Positions 8,687 to 18,252 of a stretch of 64,000 nt of DNA are shown piece after piece. This DNA comes from Bacteroidia bacterium (GTDB lineage: Bacteria > Bacteroidota > Bacteroidia > 2-12-FULL-35-15): assembly GCA_030654175.1 (NCBI GenBank), contig JAURXZ010000049.1, positions 92,334 to 156,333 of the forward strand. The letters run 5' to 3'. Under the pieces are notes generated by a model. That model was not told the origin of the DNA. It searched no databases and was given only the letters and a program-made list of their open reading frames with translations. Positions within the stretch are counted from its first letter, which is position 1. Every line of letters begins with the position of its first letter. The position numbers and the translations under genes are program-made.

Positions 8687-11600
8687 ATGAGTGAAAAGAT
8701 TCTGAAAGCATTGATGCGACTGTTCGCTATCATTGCTAAATCTGACGAAAATACTGTTGATGCTAAAAGTGTAGTTGAATCTTATTTGAAACAACAACTT
8801 AATAAAGAGCAGGTGCAAGAGTACCTTGCTATTTATGAAGGTTTTTTAAAATTGCAGGATGAGGGAGCACAGGGGGAGAAGAAAAAAAGACGTTTGGCGG
8901 TTAGTTCTGTTAAAGTAATTGTTATTTGTGATCAGATAAATGAGGAACTGACTCAAAAGCAGAAATTTATTGTTTTGTTGAATCTTATTGAATTTGTAAG
9001 TTCAAATGGTTCCATTTCTGAGCAGGAAATGGAGTTCATATATACTGTTTCTTCCTCATTTAAAATTCCTGATGAAGAATTTAACCAGTGTTTGTCTTTA
9101 GCATCAAAAAATACTATTTCAGAGATTGAAGATTCTCAAAATTTTCTTGTTATCAGTAATCAGAAAAACAGATCGATTGCGCCTTCTCAAATTTCTTTGG
9201 AGGCTAACACGCAAAAGTTATATTCTGAATCCATAATAGGCGATCTGGCTGTTTTACATATTAAAAGTATAGGAATATATCTTATTCGCTATTATGGCGA
9301 TGCAGAACTGTTTTTAAACGGACAAATTATCACTCCTCATAAAATTTATGTTTTATCACAAGGCTCTTCCATTCGAAGTTCAAAAGTTCAGCCAATTTAT
9401 TACAGCGATATTGTATTTGCTTTCTCCAATGATCTTTCGGAAAGTAAAATTGTGTTCGCTGTAAATGATATTGATTTTAAATTTAAAAGTGGACACATAG
9501 GATTGCATAAGCTAAACTTTACTGAAAATTCAGGAAAGCTGATCGGTATTATGGGTGGGAGCGGGGCTGGGAAATCCACGCTGCTTAATATTTTAAATGG
9601 TAACAATACCCCTTCATCAGGAGAGGTCCTGGTAAATGGACATGATCTTCACCAGGATAAAAAAGAGCTGGAAGGTGTAATTGGATATATTCCTCAGGAT
9701 GATCTATTGATTGAAGAACTTACCGTTTATCAAAATTTATTTTATAATTCTAAATTATGTTTTGACGACTATTCGGATGAAAAAATTGATCGGATGGTTA
9801 TTGAAATGCTCAATGATTTGGGCCTCTATGAAACGAAGGACCTAAAAGTTGGTAATTCACTTGATAAAACTATAAGTGGGGGACAACGAAAAAGATTAAA
9901 CATTGCTTTGGAGCTAATTCGGGAGCCTTCAGTATTGTTTGTTGATGAGCCCACCTCGGGGCTGTCTTCAAGGGATTCGGAAAATATAATGGATCTGCTC
10001 AAGGAGCTTTCGCTGAAAGGAAAACTTATTTTCGTTGTGATCCATCAGCCTTCTTCTGAAATTTTTAAAATGTTTGATAAGCTTCTTATCCTTGATGTTG
10101 GTGGTTATCCTATTTACAATGGTAACCCTGTGGAATCGGTGATCTATTTTAAAACCCTTATCAACCAGGTGAATGCGAATGAAAGTGAATGTAATACTTG
10201 CGGTAATGTAAATCCTGAACAGATATTTAATATTATTGAATCAAAAGTATTGGATGAAAATGGCAATCAAACAAGATTAAGAAGAATATCTCCAAAAGAG
10301 TGGAATGAATTTTATATTTCTAAAAACACTGTTAATCCGTCTATTTCAAAGGACACTGCCAAACAACCAATAAAAAACACGTTTAAAAAACCGAATTTTT
10401 TAAACCAATTCAAAGTATTCACTACCCGTGATGTATTATCGAAATTGTCGAATACACAATATCTTTTTATAAATCTTTTAGAGGCGCCTCTGCTTGCCTT
10501 AATTTTAGCCACGCTTATCAAATATTATAAAAACGATCAGAATTATTTATTTTCTGATAATAAAAATATGCCGGCATATATTTTTATGTGTGTGATCGTT
10601 TCTTTATTCATAGGCCTTACCGTTAGTGCGGAGGAAATTATCAGGGACAGGAAAATTTTAAAACGGGAATCGTTTTTGAATTTGAGTAAAGGAAGTTATT
10701 TAACTTCTAAAATACTTATCCTGTTTTTTATTTCCGCCATTCAAACGATAACTTTTGTTTTAATAGGGAATTATATTTTAGAGATCAAAGGAATGTATTT
10801 GGATTATTGGATGGTTTTATTCACTGCTTCTTGTTTTGCAAATATGTTGGGGTTGAATATTTCATCAGCATTTAATTCAGCCGTAACCATTTATATTTTG
10901 ATTCCCTTTTTGTTGATCCCGCAAATATTATTAAGTGGAGTAATTGTGAAGTTCGAAGAATTAAATCCTAAAATCTCCAGCCAGTCGTTGGTGCCATTTT
11001 CAGGAGAGATAATGACCTCACGATGGGCATTTGAGGCTTTGGCTGTTAACCAGTTTGTAGATAATAAGTATGAGAAACAAATTTATAATTATGAAAAAGA
11101 AATAAGCAATGCCAGTTTTAAAAAAGTGTATTGGTTTTCGAAAATGAATGAACTGGTAGATGCTCTTGAAAATAAAAAGGCCGTTTCTTTAAATTTGGAA
11201 ATTTTAAAACACGAAGTAGATCAGGAAATGAAAGCTATTCCGGAAATAATATTTGCTTCTTTGAATAATATGGATGCTGGAAATATTGATGAAAACTTAA
11301 TTAATGAGTTAAAAGAATACCTGGTAAAAGTGAAGGACCACTATTCTCAAAAATATGAAAAGGCCGTTAAGAGCAAGGATGAATGGATGAGTGGATTTCA
11401 AGGAAATGATTTACATAAGGCAGAATATCAGCAGTTGCTGAGCAATTACCAAAATTCAAAAATTGAAGATCTTTTAAAAAATGCAGGTTCTGATCTGGAT
11501 GAGGTCGTTGAAAGTGATGGAAAACTGATCGCTACCGGAGATCCTATTTATAGAGATGGACCCAAGGATCATTTTATACGCTCGCATTTTTTTTCGCCAA

Positions 11601-11755
11601 CTAAAAATGTGTTTGGAAACTTATACAGCACTTATTGGGTTAATATTGGTGTTATTTGGGCCATGTCATTCTTATTATGGTTTACATTGTATTTTGATGT
11701 TTTGAGAAGAATTTTGAATTTGTTTGCTGTGATCCCATGGAAAACAAAAAAATAA
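8687..11755 (+). CDS. Multidomain ABC half-transporter (ABCG/White-like): N-terminal TerB-like domain and possible FHA-like region, ABC ATPase, ABC-2 permease, C-terminal coiled-coil tail with a terminal TM segment
   Basis: Walker A GGSGAGKST. ABC signature LSGGQRKRLNIALEL. Walker B LFVDEPTSGL. H-loop VIHQPS. Six predicted TM helices after residue 590. The first ~270 aa has no ABC motifs. Confidence 0.8.
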   Translation: MSEKILKALMRLFAIIAKSDENTVDAKSVVESYLKQQLNKEQVQEYLAIYEGFLKLQDEGAQGEKKKRRLAVSSVKVIVICDQINEELTQKQKFIVLLNLIEFVSSNGSISEQEMEFIYTVSSSFKIPDEEFNQCLSLASKNTISEIEDSQNFLVISNQKNRSIAPSQISLEANTQKLYSESIIGDLAVLHIKSIGIYLIRYYGDAELFLNGQIITPHKIYVLSQGSSIRSSKVQPIYYSDIVFAFSNDLSESKIVFAVNDIDFKFKSGHIGLHKLNFTENSGKLIGIMGGSGAGKSTLLNILNGNNTPSSGEVLVNGHDLHQDKKELEGVIGYIPQDDLLIEELTVYQNLFYNSKLCFDDYSDEKIDRMVIEMLNDLGLYETKDLKVGNSLDKTISGGQRKRLNIALELIREPSVLFVDEPTSGLSSRDSENIMDLLKELSLKGKLIFVVIHQPSSEIFKMFDKLLILDVGGYPIYNGNPVESVIYFKTLINQVNANESECNTCGNVNPEQIFNIIESKVLDENGNQTRLRRISPKEWNEFYISKNTVNPSISKDTAKQPIKNTFKKPNFLNQFKVFTTRDVLSKLSNTQYLFINLLEAPLLALILATLIKYYKNDQNYLFSDNKNMPAYIFMCVIVSLFIGLTVSAEEIIRDRKILKRESFLNLSKGSYLTSKILILFFISAIQTITFVLIGNYILEIKGMYLDYWMVLFTASCFANMLGLNISSAFNSAVTIYILIPFLLIPQILLSGVIVKFEELNPKISSQSLVPFSGEIMTSRWAFEALAVNQFVDNKYEKQIYNYEKEISNASFKKVYWFSKMNELVDALENKKAVSLNLEILKHEVDQEMKAIPEIIFASLNNMDAGNIDENLINELKEYLVKVKDHYSQKYEKAVKSKDEWMSGFQGNDLHKAEYQQLLSNYQNSKIEDLLKNAGSDLDEVVESDGKLIATGDPIYRDGPKDHFIRSHFFSPTKNVFGNLYSTYWVNIGVIWAMSFLLWFTLYFDVLRRILNLFAVIPWKTKK

Positions 11756-11756
11756 A

Positions 11757-11793
11757 GTTTCACTACTAAGACAATTAGTAGCGAAACTTTATT
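11757..11793. terminator. Bidirectional stem-loop between convergent genes (15-bp stem with one mismatch, 7-nt loop)
   Basis: aaagtttcactacta / tagtagcgaaacttt arms; an A/T run on the minus-strand side. Confidence 0.5.
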
Positions 11794-11819
11794 GATCTAT
11801 CTACAAAGCCTGAACAAAT

Positions 11820-13277
11820 TTAGAAATTGAAATTAACTCCTGCTGTAAATGGATATACTTGTGGCCCTTTATCTTTTTTAAATAACCTGTTCAAGCCATA
11901 ATTTGCAAATAGTGTAACATTATTATAACCAATGCGAGCAGTAGCTGTATAAAGAAAAGGCTCCAGGTTAAAATCATCACGTTGTTTTATTTTGTTATGC
12001 TTATCATTCAGATCATATTTTTGTTTTAATACAGAATGTATACGGTATTCAAATTGTGCACCAACAGCTACATGGAAATTATGATTGGATTTTTTTCCGG
12101 TGTTAAACTCGATCATTAATGGTGCTTTGATATAACTTACATTCAATGTGTTTTTCTTGTACTTTACCGCGTCATTTGAAGCATCCAGATAGGTGGCATC
12201 AGAATTTAATGTTACATTGTTTTTTAATGCATAGTGCTTAAAATCGAAACCAAATCCGGTTACCAGGTTTACATAATTTTTATAGATATGGAAATTTTTT
12301 TCCAGTAGGTTTAGTCCGAAATGAATTGACCTTGCATAGTTCAATTCTAAGAATGTTGCGCCTTCCGGAGCATCTAACTTATTATTGTAATCTAATAAAC
12401 CATTAACTCCTATTTCAAAACCAGTCCAGTGTTTGAACTCTTCGTTATAATTCCTTAAAGAATCTTTTTTACTTATAACTTCTTCATCCTCGTCATCATC
12501 ATCGCCATCACCTATAATTACGTATTTCTTTTTTCCAAGTTTAAGTTTTGTTGTATCAGTGGCAGTTTCTTCACCATTACCACTTCTGCTTTCACGAACC
12601 GATCCAAAACCGGTAATGCTTATATTTCTATCGGTCGGATTCCCTTTGTAAATTACAGAACCAACGCCCGAAACATCTGCATCTAAATTTTGTTTAACAT
12701 TTATCTTTGCATCACCTGCACCGGATACTTTAACTTTTGCTTTATCAACTTCCAGGTTCGATGCACGTAAATTACCTACTCCTGATAAGGTTGCTTCTAA
12801 TATTTGCGCAGCTCCGATCAATACAACATTACCAACCCCGCTAATGTTAGTTTTAACATCACTTGCTTTAATATCCAAATGGATTTTTCCGGCACCATTT
12901 GACGAAATTGTTAATTTGTCACATATTAACTGATTGCCGGACTTTACGTCTGCAGCACCAGTTATATCCAAATTGCTAAGTGATTTAATTCCAATATTTA
13001 TCACTAAAGGTTTATCACTTTTAATATTGTCTACCGCAATAATGGATAATATACCATCTTTTACTTCGGTTTTAATTTGCAGTTGGGATTTTTCATCTGC
13101 ATCAACTTTAACAGTATTTGAGTCGCTTTGCGAAAGAATAATATTAAAATTATCGCCAGCTTTTACTCCGTTGAAATCACCAACGGTTCTTTTTTCTTGA
13201 GCTGTGGAACTAAATATTGAGAAGCCTGTTAATAAAACAAGTCCAACTAATTTTATTTTTATGTTTCCAGTTTTCAT
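11820..13277 (-). CDS. Secreted/outer-membrane protein: N-terminal DUF2807/GIN 'adhesin head' beta-helix repeats, acidic linker, C-terminal putative beta-barrel
   Basis: Signal peptide. Repeated SGVGNV/SGAGD beta-helix motifs. DDDDEDEE linker. C-terminal alternating-hydrophobic region ending in Phe, typical of an outer-membrane beta-barrel. Confidence 0.6.
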   Translation of the reverse strand: MKTGNIKIKLVGLVLLTGFSIFSSTAQEKRTVGDFNGVKAGDNFNIILSQSDSNTVKVDADEKSQLQIKTEVKDGILSIIAVDNIKSDKPLVINIGIKSLSNLDITGAADVKSGNQLICDKLTISSNGAGKIHLDIKASDVKTNISGVGNVVLIGAAQILEATLSGVGNLRASNLEVDKAKVKVSGAGDAKINVKQNLDADVSGVGSVIYKGNPTDRNISITGFGSVRESRSGNGEETATDTTKLKLGKKKYVIIGDGDDDDEDEEVISKKDSLRNYNEEFKHWTGFEIGVNGLLDYNNKLDAPEGATFLELNYARSIHFGLNLLEKNFHIYKNYVNLVTGFGFDFKHYALKNNVTLNSDATYLDASNDAVKYKKNTLNVSYIKAPLMIEFNTGKKSNHNFHVAVGAQFEYRIHSVLKQKYDLNDKHNKIKQRDDFNLEPFLYTATARIGYNNVTLFANYGLNRLFKKDKGPQVYPFTAGVNFNF

Positions 13278-13308
13278 AATTTATTTTTTTAAGATTTCAG
13301 TTTTGTTA

Positions 13309-13481
13309 TGTGACGTTTGTATTTGTAGATTTGTTACAGCTGTAATTTTTTATTGTGGATTTTACTTTATTCTTGTTCTGTGACGAATGCAATAATAGAT
13401 TTGTTACAAAATTAGTTTCAGTATTTATTTTAAATTATCCCATTTTTATGATGTGACGTTTATAAGTATTCATTTGTTACA
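13309..13481. promoter_or_regulatory. Three copies of TGTGAC-N18-GTTACA (13309-13338, 13379-13408, 13452-13481) in the divergent intergenic region
   Basis: Exact 6+18+6 architecture in all three copies, spaced 70 and 73 bp apart. Also readable as a TGTKAC direct repeat offset by 23 bp. Confidence 0.5.
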
Positions 13482-13706
13482 ATAATTTTTTATAAATGAA
13501 ATAAAAAACAAGCAAGTGAGGCTAAAAGTCTTGACCTAATTGATATCTGTTGTAATAAAATAATTATTTATGTCAAAAGGATTTTATCTTTAGAGGGCTA
13601 AAGTAGCATTTTTTAATAAATTTAAAAGATTGCTGTAACTTTAGGGTAACCTATCCGTCATACCACAAACGAAAGCTGCTTTTATCAATTAGAATGCTTA
13701 ATAAGA

Positions 13707-14192
13707 ATGACAGTACAAGAATTTAATAAGACTGTTGATTTATATGCAGATAATCTGTATCGGTTTATCCTTAAAAATATTAAGGATTCTGAAAAAGCGC
13801 GTGATATTGTGCAGGATACTTACGAAAAAATGTGGTTAAAGGTATCTGAGGTGGAATCTACAAATGCCAAATCCTATATGTTCACTGCGGCATACCGCAC
13901 AATGATAGATCGTATCAGACGTGATAAGAAACAAGGTGACCTGTCCGAATCAAATATGCATAGTTTAAGCCATAACAATCATTACAGTGATTTGAAAGAG
14001 ATATTGAATGAAGCTTTAACAAAACTACCCGAAATACAACGTTCTGTTATTTTATTACGCGATTATGAGGGGTACAATTATTCTGAAATAGGTGAAATTA
14101 CCGGATTAAATGAATCTCAGGTTAAGGTGTATATTTTTAGGGCTAGAGGTTTTTTGAAAAATTATATTGGAGCGATGGAGAATGTGATGTAA
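13707..14192 (+). CDS. ECF (group IV, sigma-24 type) RNA polymerase sigma factor
   Basis: Region 2 (DIVQDTYEKMW) and region 4 HTH (VILLRDYEGYNYSEIGEITGLNESQVKV); 161 aa. Confidence 0.85.
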   Translation: MTVQEFNKTVDLYADNLYRFILKNIKDSEKARDIVQDTYEKMWLKVSEVESTNAKSYMFTAAYRTMIDRIRRDKKQGDLSESNMHSLSHNNHYSDLKEILNEALTKLPEIQRSVILLRDYEGYNYSEIGEITGLNESQVKVYIFRARGFLKNYIGAMENVM

Positions 14193-14315
14193 AAAGGGGG
14201 CTCGCTAAATTCCTTTTTTTTAAGAATGAGGTAAATTGAGAGCATGTTAAAATTGAAATCAATAATTAAACGGTTTAAAATTCCTTTTTCCTTTGGAATT
14301 GGATAAATAGATTAA

Positions 14316-15629
14316 ATGAATATCAACAAAAATAACTACGAAGCATATTTCCTTGATTATCACGAGGGAAATCTGACACCTGTTCAGGTGGCGGACTTGC
14401 TGTTTTTTGTTGAACAGCATCCTGAATTAAAAGAGGAATTTGAAAATTTTGAAAATTTTTCACTTGAAGATTTTTCTTCTATTGAATTTGCAAACAAATC
14501 AAGTTTGAAGAAAGAAATCACACTTGATAATAAAGAAGAATATTTTATAAGAGCAGTAGAAAATGAGTTGAATCCTACTGAAATTACCTTATTGAAGAAT
14601 TTCTTAAAACAATATCCTCAATTTTTGGTTGATCTTGAATTGTTTCAAAAAACAAAAATTTCTCTTGATACTTCTATCCTTTTTGAACATAAAAACGGAT
14701 TAAAAAGAGCTGTTTTTACTAAATCCGGGTCCGATTTGTCCGAGGCCGATGAGTTATTGATTAGCTCAATTGAAGGGCTATTAAGTCCAATGGAGATCAA
14801 TTTATTGAATGAACGTTTAGTTGAAGATAAAGAAATAGCGGAAAAATTTGTTTTATTTAATCAAACAAAACTCATTGCTGATAGATCTATCGTTTTTGAA
14901 GGTAAAGAAAGCTTAAAACATAAATCTAATAAACTCATTCCGTTTTACTATTATATTTCAGCAGCGGCAGCTATAATACTATTGTTTGGCTTGTTCTTTT
15001 TATTTAATAATGATACTATCCAACCTGAATTGGCTATTAAACTGCCAGTTATAAACAATAAAAAAACAGAATTAATTGAAAGCCCGGCTTTAGTGGAAAA
15101 TAAAGTTGTAAAAATAAAAACGCAACCAATTAACACCATTGCGTTGGTAGCGAAAAAAGAAAAATCAAAAACAATAAATTTGAATCTTAAGGATTCTCTT
15201 TTGACTTCTCCTGTGGTGGTTCCCGATTTATTAATAGCATCAAATAAAGGGATCGTAGAATCATTTATGGGTACGGATACTTTACTGGTTAAACCTAGCA
15301 AGATTGAGCAATTAGCCGATAATCGAATTGAAGTTGCAAAAGCGGATAAAAAAAGCGAAACGGAGAAACCAACCGAATTCCTTTCTATTCCTGAATTAGC
15401 AGTTGAAAAAATCAAAGAAAAATTATTAGATAAAAATGCAATTGCTGCACAAAAGAAAAGCGGTAATTTAAAAAAAGTTACTGGTTGGGATATCGCACAA
15501 GTGCTTACAACCGGTATAAGTAAACTTACAGGTCGCGAAGTTGAATTAAAACCTTACTATAATGATGAAGGTGCCGTAACCGCTTATGCGCTTAATGCAG
15601 GTGCATTTCAGATTTCAAGAGGGAGATAA
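14316..15629 (+). CDS. Putative anti-sigma factor / single-pass membrane protein cognate to the ECF sigma
   Basis: Immediately downstream of the ECF sigma. One TM helix (LIPFYYYISAAAAIILLFGLFFLF). No recognisable FecR domain. Confidence 0.45.
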   Translation: MNINKNNYEAYFLDYHEGNLTPVQVADLLFFVEQHPELKEEFENFENFSLEDFSSIEFANKSSLKKEITLDNKEEYFIRAVENELNPTEITLLKNFLKQYPQFLVDLELFQKTKISLDTSILFEHKNGLKRAVFTKSGSDLSEADELLISSIEGLLSPMEINLLNERLVEDKEIAEKFVLFNQTKLIADRSIVFEGKESLKHKSNKLIPFYYYISAAAAIILLFGLFFLFNNDTIQPELAIKLPVINNKKTELIESPALVENKVVKIKTQPINTIALVAKKEKSKTINLNLKDSLLTSPVVVPDLLIASNKGIVESFMGTDTLLVKPSKIEQLADNRIEVAKADKKSETEKPTEFLSIPELAVEKIKEKLLDKNAIAAQKKSGNLKKVTGWDIAQVLTTGISKLTGREVELKPYYNDEGAVTAYALNAGAFQISRGR

Positions 15630-15728
15630 ATGTAATATTTAAATTATAGTTTTTTTAAACAATTGAATTTAGGTGTTTGCAGAAAACGTAATTTGCATTA
15701 AATTTCGGAATCTTAATAAATTTATAAC

Positions 15729-15983
15729 ATGATGAAAAAACTACTATTTACTATAATAGTTGTTTTTATTGGTTTTGTAGTAAAGGGTCAAAACAGGTGG
15801 TCACAAAAAATTAACTTTTCTGCTACCGCTAAAATAATTGGTAAGGTTGGAAAAACCGCAGAAAAGGTAAGTAAAAATGCCCCGGGACTAGTTGGGAAAA
15901 CTGCAAAAATAATTAGTACAACAGCAAAAGTAATGAGTGCAAGCGCGCAGAAGGCGAGCGAAGCGAAAAATAGTAAACAATGA
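15729..15983 (+). CDS. Small secreted lysine-rich repeat protein (hypothetical)
   Basis: Signal peptide plus repeated GKTAEKVSK / GKTAKIIS units; 84 aa. Confidence 0.35.
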   Translation: MMKKLLFTIIVVFIGFVVKGQNRWSQKINFSATAKIIGKVGKTAEKVSKNAPGLVGKTAKIISTTAKVMSASAQKASEAKNSKQ

Positions 15984-16039
15984 TCTTCCTGTTTTTTCGA
16001 GAAGTTATTTCTCACTAACTCTTTTCCGGTATTCTGGGT

Positions 16040-18247
16040 TTAAATTCTTATTCCAATCACAAGTATATCATCAATTTGTTCATTTGTATCTTTCCATTTT
16101 TCAATGAAATCCTCAAGGAAAATTCTCTGCTCATCCATTTGTTTTTGTTGAATGCTTAAAAAAATTTCTTTGAATCTTTTTGTCATTAGTTTTTCATCTG
16201 AACTACTAAACTGGTCAGCATATCCATCCGAAAAAATGTAAATGCAATCACCTTTCATTAGTGATACCTTAGTTCTGGTAAATTTCCGTTCTGTTTCCGA
16301 CTGAGCTCCACCAATGGCAAATTTATTTCCTTTTATTTCTGTTAGTTGGTAGTTGTTCTGGAATGAGCCCGTATTGAGTGAAATCGAAGTGCTGGTGGAA
16401 GTCCCATTATCAATTGTTAATTCTCCTTTATCAATTTTTTTAATGATCCACAACGGTCTTTGCGCACCTGCAAATTCAATTTCGGTATTGGTGATAAAAG
16501 TGATCAAAGAAATATCCATTCCATCTTTCGATTCACTTTGCTCTTCCTGCTTTAATGTTTTGCGTATTTCTTTGTGAAGATGATTTAGAATTTCATCGGG
16601 AGAAGTAATTCCTTTTTCATTCACGATCTGATTTAGAATATTGTTGCCGATCATACTCATTAATGCGCCAGGTACTCCATGTCCAGTACAATCGCAGGCT
16701 GCAATTAATTTTCTTCCGTCCTTTTCTGCAAACCAATAAAAATCACCACTTACAGTATCTTTCGGTTTAAATAAAATAAAAGAATCGGGAAACAGGACGT
16801 GTTTGAATTCTTTGGTCGGAAGAATCGCATCCTGAATAGTTTTTGCATAATCTATGCTGTCGGTGATGTCTTTATTTTTTTCTTCAATTATTTTTTTTTG
16901 CTCCACAATTTCCGAGGTTCTTTCTTTAACCTGTATTTCAAGTGTTTCCTTTTGAGTTTCAAGGATTTTTTGTTTTTCTTTCTCCTGTTCAAGGTTCTTT
17001 TTCGAAAGCGATTCTACTTCTGTTAACTTCTTTTTAAGGATCTTATTCGTTGTTGAAAATTGTTTAGCTAAGTATAACGACATCGAAACAGGGATACTCA
17101 TGGTGGCGAAGGTGAATAATATCTGAGGCAGATAGCCGGAAAAATTTCCATCATTAGGTATCAGTGTTATGGCTGCAACAAATAATATGAAAATAGCTAC
17201 GCCAATACCAATGATCGTTGAGCCTTGTTTTTTATTTATAAGAGCAATTATTACCACTCGTATAACTTCTATAATTGTCAGGCCAATAAAAAAATAAGAA
17301 ATTTTGTCAGTGTATTCCCATTGAAATAAAATAAAGAAAAAATTAAGGGCACCAATAACCAGTGGAAACCAAAATGCTTTTGGGATTCGTTCGTAAAAAA
17401 TAGAATAAACAAGCATGATCAGGGATATTAATAAAACCGGAATCAGTTCGCTTGAGAGATTATCAAACCAGTCAAACAACGCTGCATCTTTTACACTTGT
17501 CTGAAAAAAAGGAGCTAGTGCGTAAAAGGAGAGGAGAGACGCAAATAAAAAATAAAAGAAATTACTTTTATTTGCTCTGTAAAATAGAAAGATGAACAGG
17601 TGTGCAATACCAAGTGCAATAATAAAACCAAAAGGGAAGATACTTTTTACATCTGTGTTCACACTTTCATTGAAAGTATTCACAATTTGTTCATTAGCAG
17701 GAAACAGAAAAACCCGAAATCCTTTGCCGTAATTTATATTCCTGTTATAGCCCGATTTGTGGTTGGAATAACGGATCGCTAACACATATTCATTTCCCGG
17801 GATAATATTTAACGCTACAGGAATAAGATTGGGATAATACCTTTCTTCTTCTTCAGGATCTGAACTTACTGTACCAAAGTTTATAAGTTTTTGTCCATTA
17901 AAATAGATCTCTGAAGCACTTGCCTGCAATATACCAATCGCTAAAGGGAAGGATGCCAGTGAGCTGTCAAAATTCAAATGTAAACGAAACCAGCCTATGC
18001 CTTTAAAATTTGTGTCATCAAGGCTGCCAATGTTAATTGTATCCCAGGCTGTGTCGTCAAAATCTTCATTAGCCCATAAAGTGTCATCGCCCTCATGAAA
18101 TTTCCAGTAGGTATCTAATTCAACTCCTGAAGCGTTTTCGCTATCGATTGTAAAAACATTGGTTTCCTGAGCTCCTGATAAATAGAAAGAAGCCAATAGA
18201 ATAAATAAAATGATTTTTTTTATCATTGAGTTTAAAAATAGTTGCAC
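16040..18247 (-). CDS. 7TM receptor with extracellular 7TMR-DISMED2 domain and cytoplasmic PP2C/SpoIIE-type Ser/Thr phosphatase (paralog 1)
   Basis: Signal peptide. N-terminal carbohydrate-binding-like domain. Seven TM helices. Coiled coil. PPM motifs (GDFYWF, ACDCTGHGVPGALMS, SDGYADQF). Confidence 0.8.
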   Translation of the reverse strand: MQLFLNSMIKKIILFILLASFYLSGAQETNVFTIDSENASGVELDTYWKFHEGDDTLWANEDFDDTAWDTINIGSLDDTNFKGIGWFRLHLNFDSSLASFPLAIGILQASASEIYFNGQKLINFGTVSSDPEEEERYYPNLIPVALNIIPGNEYVLAIRYSNHKSGYNRNINYGKGFRVFLFPANEQIVNTFNESVNTDVKSIFPFGFIIALGIAHLFIFLFYRANKSNFFYFLFASLLSFYALAPFFQTSVKDAALFDWFDNLSSELIPVLLISLIMLVYSIFYERIPKAFWFPLVIGALNFFFILFQWEYTDKISYFFIGLTIIEVIRVVIIALINKKQGSTIIGIGVAIFILFVAAITLIPNDGNFSGYLPQILFTFATMSIPVSMSLYLAKQFSTTNKILKKKLTEVESLSKKNLEQEKEKQKILETQKETLEIQVKERTSEIVEQKKIIEEKNKDITDSIDYAKTIQDAILPTKEFKHVLFPDSFILFKPKDTVSGDFYWFAEKDGRKLIAACDCTGHGVPGALMSMIGNNILNQIVNEKGITSPDEILNHLHKEIRKTLKQEEQSESKDGMDISLITFITNTEIEFAGAQRPLWIIKKIDKGELTIDNGTSTSTSISLNTGSFQNNYQLTEIKGNKFAIGGAQSETERKFTRTKVSLMKGDCIYIFSDGYADQFSSSDEKLMTKRFKEIFLSIQQKQMDEQRIFLEDFIEKWKDTNEQIDDILVIGIRI

Positions 18248-18252
18248 CGATT

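Noticed and set aside
14951-15415. 154-aa minus-strand ORF antisense within the anti-sigma/membrane protein gene
   Set aside because: It sits inside a longer same-locus CDS on the other strand that has a sensible sigma/anti-sigma context. It is a Ser/Ile-rich low-complexity shadow.
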